Origin: Fidelibacterota bacterium | Lineage (GTDB): Bacteria; Fidelibacterota; UBA2242 | Direction: 5' to 3' | Length of the DNA stretch: 64,000 nucleotides | Assembly (NCBI GenBank): GCA_049975265.1 | Contig: JBNGDF010000003.1 | Coordinates: 1-64,000 of the forward strand | Shown: positions 58,049 through 64,000 of the stretch, piece after piece | Numbering within the stretch: the first letter of the stretch is position 1 | Layout of the letters: each line of letters starts with the position of its first letter | The notes under the pieces: model-generated | What the model saw: only the letters and a program-made list of their open reading frames with translations | Databases searched by the model: none | Told to the model about the DNA's origin: nothing | Translations under genes and position numbers: made by a program

Positions 58049-60768
58049 TGCGCAAATTTGGGTTTCTGATTGGCGCTGTTTTCCAGCTGGTGACGATCTC
58101 TGCTACGCCGCTCTCCACTGACCATCCGACACCCATCTGCGGTTTTCCCGTTGTAAAATCAAAAACCGGCGACGTCAAGGTGACCAAACGACTGGCAAAA
58201 CCGGCAGCCGGTGACACGACATTTTTTATTTATGAAAATATATCCGACCCGTCGCCGACGCTGGTGGAGACGGCTTTCAACGAGTTAAGAGAACGAGATG
58301 ATATTATCGTATATGGTGAATTGGCAGAGATTGAGGCGAACCGGATTAATACAACTGACGCCGATCAGATAATCAATGCGCTGCTCTTTGAGACACCCGT
58401 CGGTTCCATTGATCCCGAAAAGGGAATCCTGACCAACGAGGTCGAGGTTTTCGGGCCGTTACCGGATGCCAATCATGATGGGAAATTAATCGTGCTGCTG
58501 ACCGATATTCGGGATGATTTTGACCCGACCGACAATCCGGTCTATATCGCCGGCTATTTCGATCCGTTGGATCAGATAAACTCACCGGGCAAGGGCAATT
58601 TCGGCGATATCATGTACATCGACAGTAATCCCGGCAATACCGCCGACCCCTACACGCTGGGTATCGTAGCACACGAATTACAGCATCTGATTCACTACGG
58701 TGCCGACCCGAACGAAAGCACCTGGCTGAATGAAGGCATGTCCGAATTCGCCATGTACATTCTTGGCTTTGAAGTCCGTTCCCACGGTCCTTTTCTGCGG
58801 GATTCCAACCGATCGCTGACCTCCTTTGATAACAGTATCGCCGATTATGCCAAGGTCGGATTATGGACACAGTACTGCTACCGGCAGTTTGGGCTCGATT
58901 TTATCGGGAGTGTCGTTGCGAATAGTTCCAATTCGCTGGACAGCTATGCCCAGGTTTTAACAGATTACGGATACAATTCCAATCTCAATTCCTTAATGCG
59001 GAACTGGTTTATCGCGAATCTGATCAATAATGACGAATTAAATCAGGGCGCATACGGCTATGGTGATTTGCAGATATCCGGTCTGTATTCCGACTATTTT
59101 TATGGCAGCTTTGCAGCGGATGAGGTGGTTGAATTTACTGTAAAAAATTCAGCGGCGCAGTATATTCAGTTTTTCGCCGGCAAGAACCTGTCGTTCGAAA
59201 TGAATTTTGTTGAAGATCCCAGCTTTGATCTTGCGATTGTAAAAAAGAGTCACGAAACGTCTGTGGAATTGATTGATTTAGGTAAAAGCCCCTTTCGATA
59301 TGATGCCCCTTCGTTTGGAGTAACCTATGATCAGTTGACATTTATACCTTATTGGACGCAGGTGTCCAGCCTGGAAAGGGAAAAGGAGTGTTCGTTTACC
59401 GCCCGGTTGATCGGTGGGATCGAAGCAACCGAAATTGTGTATAGTGATGATCTGACATACTATATCCGTCTCGACGGTGCGATTGCAGCGGAAAAATTTA
59501 CGGCAACCGGTAATGACGGCGCTCGGCTCGCCGGTGTCAAATTCAATGTTGGGCGCGATTTCGGTTGTGAAATCCAGATATTGAAAGCGCTTGATGAGAC
59601 GCCGGTGGCGGCGTATGATATCATCCCCAGCGCGGGTGAGTGGACGAGCTACTACCTGCCTGCTGCAGTTGATTTTTCCGATTCAAAAGAGCTTTTCATT
59701 GCTGTCACCAGCGCTGATCTGCCCCAGAGCCTTGGTTATGGTGAAACCGATGCAGGCACCGGGCGCGCCTATCTCAATACTGGTTACGGCTACCGGGAAC
59801 TCAACGATTACGAAGTCGGCGGTACGAGTCTCACCGGCGACTGGATGATTGGCGCAATTCTGCACCGGGAGATGACCGTGGAACCACGGCTGGAGGTCAT
59901 GCCGGCGTTGCTCCGTTTTTGGGCGAATGAGTATAGCCGGCAATTTGAAATTCGTAATCTCGGCAGCGGTGCCGTCGACTGGTGGATCGATTCACCTGTA
60001 CCTGCCTGGTTGAGCCTTTCAGCCACCAGCGGTACAGATTTGGAGAGTGTGCAGAAAATTACGGTCAGCATCGACCGTAATGGTCTTGAACCCGGACTGT
60101 ATAATCACCAGCTGAAGATACATTCTGCCGTAGCCGGAGCGGATTCGATCCTGATTTCGGTGATCCAGCGCAATCGCTACAGTCCTCAGACCGGTCTGTT
60201 TGTCCGCGATCGGACTTTTTCCGATTCTTTGCTGGTAAAATCGGTGAAGGTCCTAAATATCGGGACAGCCGCAGCAGAATTTGCCCTGTTTAGTGATGAT
60301 ACCGCCATCGCCTTTTATCCCTCAGCCGGTGTCATTGACATAACAGATACTTTCACGGTAAAGGTCATTATTGATTCTGAAAACATTGGATCAACCCGGA
60401 TCCCCTTTTTCTTCTATAATGGTATCGATACGCTGGAGGATTCGTTCAGTTTTTCCGGTTCTGTTCCGGTGTCGGATACTGATTTAAAGCTATTCACAGT
60501 ATTTCCCAATCCTTACATTGTTTCCGGTAACGGTTTGGCATATTTATGTTTTCGGCTGGTAGATGATTCGCGTGCGTCCCTGCGGATTTTTAACCTGCGC
60601 GGCGAACAGGTTCAGTCGCTGACCATCGCTCAGCCGGAAACCGGTCTGCATATTTATGCCTGGGACGGTCGCAATTACCGGGGACATAAGGTCGGCAGCG
60701 GCGTCTATTTCGTCACCTTGGAACAGCGGAACCGGGTTGCGCGTCAGAAAATGATGTTATTGAAATAA
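58048..60768 (+). CDS. Secreted zinc metallopeptidase (M30/M6-like) with BACON-like Ig repeats and FlgD-Ig CTD
   Basis: Signal peptide; GYF, AHELQHLIH, W.NEG.SE; P.WL.LS..SG; FPNP...IFNL.G..V..L...WDG.N..G..V.SGVY...KMMLLK. Confidence 0.78.
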   Translation: MRKFGFLIGAVFQLVTISATPLSTDHPTPICGFPVVKSKTGDVKVTKRLAKPAAGDTTFFIYENISDPSPTLVETAFNELRERDDIIVYGELAEIEANRINTTDADQIINALLFETPVGSIDPEKGILTNEVEVFGPLPDANHDGKLIVLLTDIRDDFDPTDNPVYIAGYFDPLDQINSPGKGNFGDIMYIDSNPGNTADPYTLGIVAHELQHLIHYGADPNESTWLNEGMSEFAMYILGFEVRSHGPFLRDSNRSLTSFDNSIADYAKVGLWTQYCYRQFGLDFIGSVVANSSNSLDSYAQVLTDYGYNSNLNSLMRNWFIANLINNDELNQGAYGYGDLQISGLYSDYFYGSFAADEVVEFTVKNSAAQYIQFFAGKNLSFEMNFVEDPSFDLAIVKKSHETSVELIDLGKSPFRYDAPSFGVTYDQLTFIPYWTQVSSLEREKECSFTARLIGGIEATEIVYSDDLTYYIRLDGAIAAEKFTATGNDGARLAGVKFNVGRDFGCEIQILKALDETPVAAYDIIPSAGEWTSYYLPAAVDFSDSKELFIAVTSADLPQSLGYGETDAGTGRAYLNTGYGYRELNDYEVGGTSLTGDWMIGAILHREMTVEPRLEVMPALLRFWANEYSRQFEIRNLGSGAVDWWIDSPVPAWLSLSATSGTDLESVQKITVSIDRNGLEPGLYNHQLKIHSAVAGADSILISVIQRNRYSPQTGLFVRDRTFSDSLLVKSVKVLNIGTAAAEFALFSDDTAIAFYPSAGVIDITDTFTVKVIIDSENIGSTRIPFFFYNGIDTLEDSFSFSGSVPVSDTDLKLFTVFPNPYIVSGNGLAYLCFRLVDDSRASLRIFNLRGEQVQSLTIAQPETGLHIYAWDGRNYRGHKVGSGVYFVTLEQRNRVARQKMMLLK

Positions 60769-60823
60769 GAGTTCCGATATTGGCAGTCGCAATCGCCGGA
60801 TTCCTTTGACCGAAATCGCCTGG

Positions 60824-61198
60824 CTACGCAAAAAAACCGAAATACCCCATAAGCAGACCGAATAGGATCATAAAAACGCCCCAGGGTTTGCTGTAACTGA
60901 TAAATCCCTTCATCCGAAACAGAAAATCAGGAATGATGACGGTGACCAGTCCGCCGATCAGCATAATCCAGCCGATGACGGTTATGATGACCCACCAGTG
61001 ACTGACCCACAGGTTATGGTATTGAACCAGCGCAGTTCCGGCAATAATCCCAACGCAACCGGCTAAGAAAGTCAGCGCCGTTGATTCTTTAAGATTGCTG
61101 ACAATTTTGTTTAAATCGAGATTACTGATCAATACGGCGATCCCCGCCGCGATGTAAATCAGTGCAAAGATTTTTGCGATGAAAGCCGATAATCCCAT
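60824..61198 (-). CDS. Small 4-TM hypothetical membrane protein
   Basis: Hydrophobic; HN.W...W..IIT..GW; GGAGG SD. Confidence 0.75.
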   Translation of the reverse strand: MGLSAFIAKIFALIYIAAGIAVLISNLDLNKIVSNLKESTALTFLAGCVGIIAGTALVQYHNLWVSHWWVIITVIGWIMLIGGLVTVIIPDFLFRMKGFISYSKPWGVFMILFGLLMGYFGFFA

Positions 61199-61258
61199 GG
61201 TGATTTTCCCTCCTGTTTACAAGAGAGAATAAATCAAAATTTTCAATTGTGCAAGGCT

Positions 61259-62698
61259 TTATATGTCGGGTGTCGGCGTTTCCGCAAAGGTTGCCGGCAG
61301 ACCGGGCGGTATCGGTTCAATGACGCGCATGGATTTCCATTTTCCACCCAGAAAACGCAGGTAGAAACCGATTCCCAGACTGCTTATGTATACCGTAATA
61401 ATGATCCAGCCGATGTAAATACTCTGCTTCCAGACGATCAGAGCGAGGTAGCTGGGGATGATCAGCAGCACTGCCGACAGGATACTCAGCATCCGCATGA
61501 CAAAGCGGGTATCGCCGGCGCCTTTGATCGCCGCCGCAAAGATAATATTCAAAGTATCGAAAAGGGAGTAGATGGCTACAAACCGAATCAGGAGCAGTAC
61601 GATTTTCCGAATCGCCGCCATTTCATCACCTGTGGAACCTGCCATGAAGGGTTTAATAAAGAGTGTCGGGTAACCAAGATAAAGAGCAATCATGACAGAC
61701 ATATAAAGAAAGGTGATGTGAAAACCGCTGTAAGCGCTTTTCTGGGCAAGGTCAGGTCGGTTTTTCCCAAGATATTGCCCTACCATAACTGAAACGGCGA
61801 CTCCGAATCCCATCATCGGCATAAAAGCAAGACTGTTTATGTTAAATGTAATGTTGGTAGCCGCCAGGGCGTCCCGCCCGAGTCTGCCCACGATAAACAG
61901 AAAAACCGTGAACCCGGCGGCATCAATGAAGAACTGAACTCCGTTGGGAAATCCATAGTAGATGAGACGCTTGAGAAGTAAACTATTCCATCGGATTCCG
62001 GAAAGCAGGCAGTAGGTATGGCAGAATGATGGTCGAATAATGATACTCAGGTAAATTATCAATGAAACACAACCCGATAGCAAGGTGGCAATTGCAGCAC
62101 CCCGAATACCCATCTCCGGGAAACCGCCATTTCCGAAAATCAGCAGATAATCGAAGACAATATTCGTCAGAGTGGCGCTGATGTTGATCCACATCAGCGG
62201 CCAGGTTTTACCGCGCCCGCTGAAAAATCCTGAAAAAGCCGAAGAGGCGATCGCCGGGAAAGCCCCCAGACAGAGCACCCGGAAATAGATGATTTCCAAT
62301 TCCCGGATAGCCGGCGCATGCCCGATGAAATTAAAGACAGGTGTTGCCATAGGAATCAGCAGCAGGTGAGTAATCCCGCCGATGATTGCAATATACATAC
62401 CCTGCCAGACGATGGGACCGATGCGCCGGTACTGTTGAGCGCCGAAATACTGAGCGACGAAAGTGCTGATATAGCTGGCTGTCCCGATAAAAAGGGTCAT
62501 TATGGAAAAATTGAAAATCCCTGCCGGCATAGCGGCTGCAATGGATTCCGGTGAATACCATGTCAGAAACATCCGGTCGACAAAATGCTGAATTGACCAG
62601 GCGCTGGTGCTGAGGATGAGAGGAATGGCAATCGTCAGCAACTCACGGTAGCCGGCAACCACGCTGTATCGTTGTTTTATTTTACCTGTTAATGACAT
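61259..62698 (-). CDS. MATE family efflux transporter
   Basis: IA.P.I, VD..F, Q.FGA, N...DY.LIFG..G.P.MG..GAA.AT, GQYLG, GAGDT. Confidence 0.93.
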   Translation of the reverse strand: MSLTGKIKQRYSVVAGYRELLTIAIPLILSTSAWSIQHFVDRMFLTWYSPESIAAAMPAGIFNFSIMTLFIGTASYISTFVAQYFGAQQYRRIGPIVWQGMYIAIIGGITHLLLIPMATPVFNFIGHAPAIRELEIIYFRVLCLGAFPAIASSAFSGFFSGRGKTWPLMWINISATLTNIVFDYLLIFGNGGFPEMGIRGAAIATLLSGCVSLIIYLSIIIRPSFCHTYCLLSGIRWNSLLLKRLIYYGFPNGVQFFIDAAGFTVFLFIVGRLGRDALAATNITFNINSLAFMPMMGFGVAVSVMVGQYLGKNRPDLAQKSAYSGFHITFLYMSVMIALYLGYPTLFIKPFMAGSTGDEMAAIRKIVLLLIRFVAIYSLFDTLNIIFAAAIKGAGDTRFVMRMLSILSAVLLIIPSYLALIVWKQSIYIGWIIITVYISSLGIGFYLRFLGGKWKSMRVIEPIPPGLPATFAETPTPDI

Positions 62699-62786
62699 GT
62701 CGAGCTACTCAAAAAAATGCCCGGAAAATTACAACAGACGCTCGTGAAAAGCCATGGTTAATTTTCCACTTTTTTAGCATTCCCGA

Positions 62787-62815
62787 TTGATTTAAAAGGG
62801 ATTGGATTGTAATTT
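62787..62815 (+). promoter_or_regulatory. Putative sigma70-type promoter
   Basis: TTGATT-N17-TAATTT upstream of the ATG at 62841. Confidence 0.45.
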
Positions 62816-62840
62816 ACACTCCCAATATTTGTGACGACGA

Positions 62841-63887
62841 ATGAACAGTGTTAATAAACAGCAAATCCTGGTATCACTAACGAACTGGATGCAGATCACG
62901 GATGTCATCGAGAAGAAGGATAAGATGATTATCCGGGGATATCTTCTCCCCGGTGAAACTCCGGATCTGGTTCAATCCCGGATCAAACCACTGGTTCCCG
63001 ACCTTCGTTATCAGCGAACCGGCGGAATGGACAGCTTTACCATTTATTTACAAAAGACAGTATTTGGAATTCCCCGAATCAACCTCTTGTTGTTTATAGC
63101 AACAGTCTTTACGACACTGCTGGCTGGGGCACTGATGGAAGGGGTCAATCCGTTGGAGAATCCGGTGGGAATTATACAGGGGATACCCTTTTCAGTGACG
63201 CTACTGCTGATTCTCGGAGTGCATGAAACGGGACATTTTCTGACAGCCCGCAAATATCATGTGGATGCCACATTACCCTATTTTCTGCCGGCACCCACCA
63301 TCATCGGTACCTTTGGTGCGTTTATTAAAATGCGTTCCCCGGTGCGACGTCGCCGGGCGCTGGTGGAAATCGGAGCCGCCGGTCCGATTGCCGGATTTAT
63401 TGTGGCGGTACCCGCCCTGTTTATCGGGCTGTCGCTCTCGTCGGTAGCGCCGGCTTCAGCCCAGGCAAGCGTGCAGCTGGGTGAATCCATTATCATGAAA
63501 ATCGCCACCGGCATTGTCTACCCGGGGCTCCCCGATCATGCGGATATTATGCTGCATCCCGTCGGGTTTGCCGCCTGGATCGGGATGCTGGTGACCATGC
63601 TGAACCTGCTACCCATCGGGCAACTGGACGGTGGGCACATCGCCTACGCCTTGCTGGCAAAATGGTATTCTAAAATTGCCTGGGGTGCGCTCGTGGCGAT
63701 TCTGCTTTTGAGTCTGCTGTCTCCAAACTGGCTCATCTGGGCGGTGCTGGTCTATTTCCTGACCCGGATGAAACATCCGCCGATTATGGATGAGTCCGAA
63801 CCGGTTACCCGGCGTGAAAAATGGATCGGGATTACCGCGGGAATCATTTTTATCCTTACGTTTATTCCGGTACCCTTCAAATTTTAG
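62841..63887 (+). CDS. Site-2 protease (peptidase M50) family
   Basis: HETGH, GTFGA.I, AAGPIAG, NLLPIGQLDGGH. Confidence 0.93.
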   Translation: MNSVNKQQILVSLTNWMQITDVIEKKDKMIIRGYLLPGETPDLVQSRIKPLVPDLRYQRTGGMDSFTIYLQKTVFGIPRINLLLFIATVFTTLLAGALMEGVNPLENPVGIIQGIPFSVTLLLILGVHETGHFLTARKYHVDATLPYFLPAPTIIGTFGAFIKMRSPVRRRRALVEIGAAGPIAGFIVAVPALFIGLSLSSVAPASAQASVQLGESIIMKIATGIVYPGLPDHADIMLHPVGFAAWIGMLVTMLNLLPIGQLDGGHIAYALLAKWYSKIAWGALVAILLLSLLSPNWLIWAVLVYFLTRMKHPPIMDESEPVTRREKWIGITAGIIFILTFIPVPFKF

Positions 63888-63896
63888 TCTTCAAGT

Positions 63897-64000
63897 ATGA
63901 AATCAAAAACAGTGTGTATTAAAAAATTCTTCAGTGACATCAATGAGAGTCAATATCTCTCCATTGTCATCGTCCTGCTGGCTATTCTCTATACGCTGCG
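63897..64000 (+). CDS. 5' end of a membrane/exported protein (runs off the window)
   Basis: ATG 63897, open to the end of the window: MKSKTVCIKKFFSDINESQYLSIVIVLLAILYTL. Confidence 0.5.
   Translation, partial: MKSKTVCIKKFFSDINESQYLSIVIVLLAILYTL

Noticed and set aside
1..64000. CRISPR arrays, IS elements, prophage or defence systems
   Set aside because: No regularly spaced direct repeats, and no transposase, integrase, phage or nuclease motifs were recognised by eye.

Overview
A 64 kb, mostly housekeeping/metabolic stretch of a diderm bacterial chromosome. It is probably from an anaerobic FCB-group lineage (Marinimicrobia/KSB1/Calditrichota-like). That placement is an inference from FlgD-Ig/'secretion system' C-terminal domains, many lipoproteins and the gene content. 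About 58 CDSs and one tRNA-Leu(CAA) are visible; I found no CRISPR array, rRNA, integrase or transposase. Recognisable genes: pulA plus a GH13 amylase, proC, bcp, fhs, treT, fused otsAB, glpK, ftsEX, grpE-dnaJ, comEA, rsmD-coaD-pta, a fadD-like ligase, purM, gpsA, a MATE transporter and an M50 protease. Two genes are disrupted: a YiiX-like peptidase (frameshift plus TAG) and a Na/Pi cotransporter (in-frame TAA). The two best candidates for poorly described systems are as follows. (1) An AmmeMemoRadiSam operon whose soluble members all carry export signals: Tat-DUF362, a membrane polyferredoxin, a lipoprotein, Tat radical SAM AmrS and a lipoprotein AmrB-AmrA fusion. It converges on a membrane spermidine-synthase-like gene, and a second, signal-less amrS lies elsewhere in the window. 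(2) A six-gene envelope cluster built around a duplicated, internally repeated Cys/Gly 'GPRxGxE' domain, with a signal-peptide-bearing YidD-like protein and two TPR/helical-hairpin proteins. All family assignments come from motif recognition by eye; no database searches were run.
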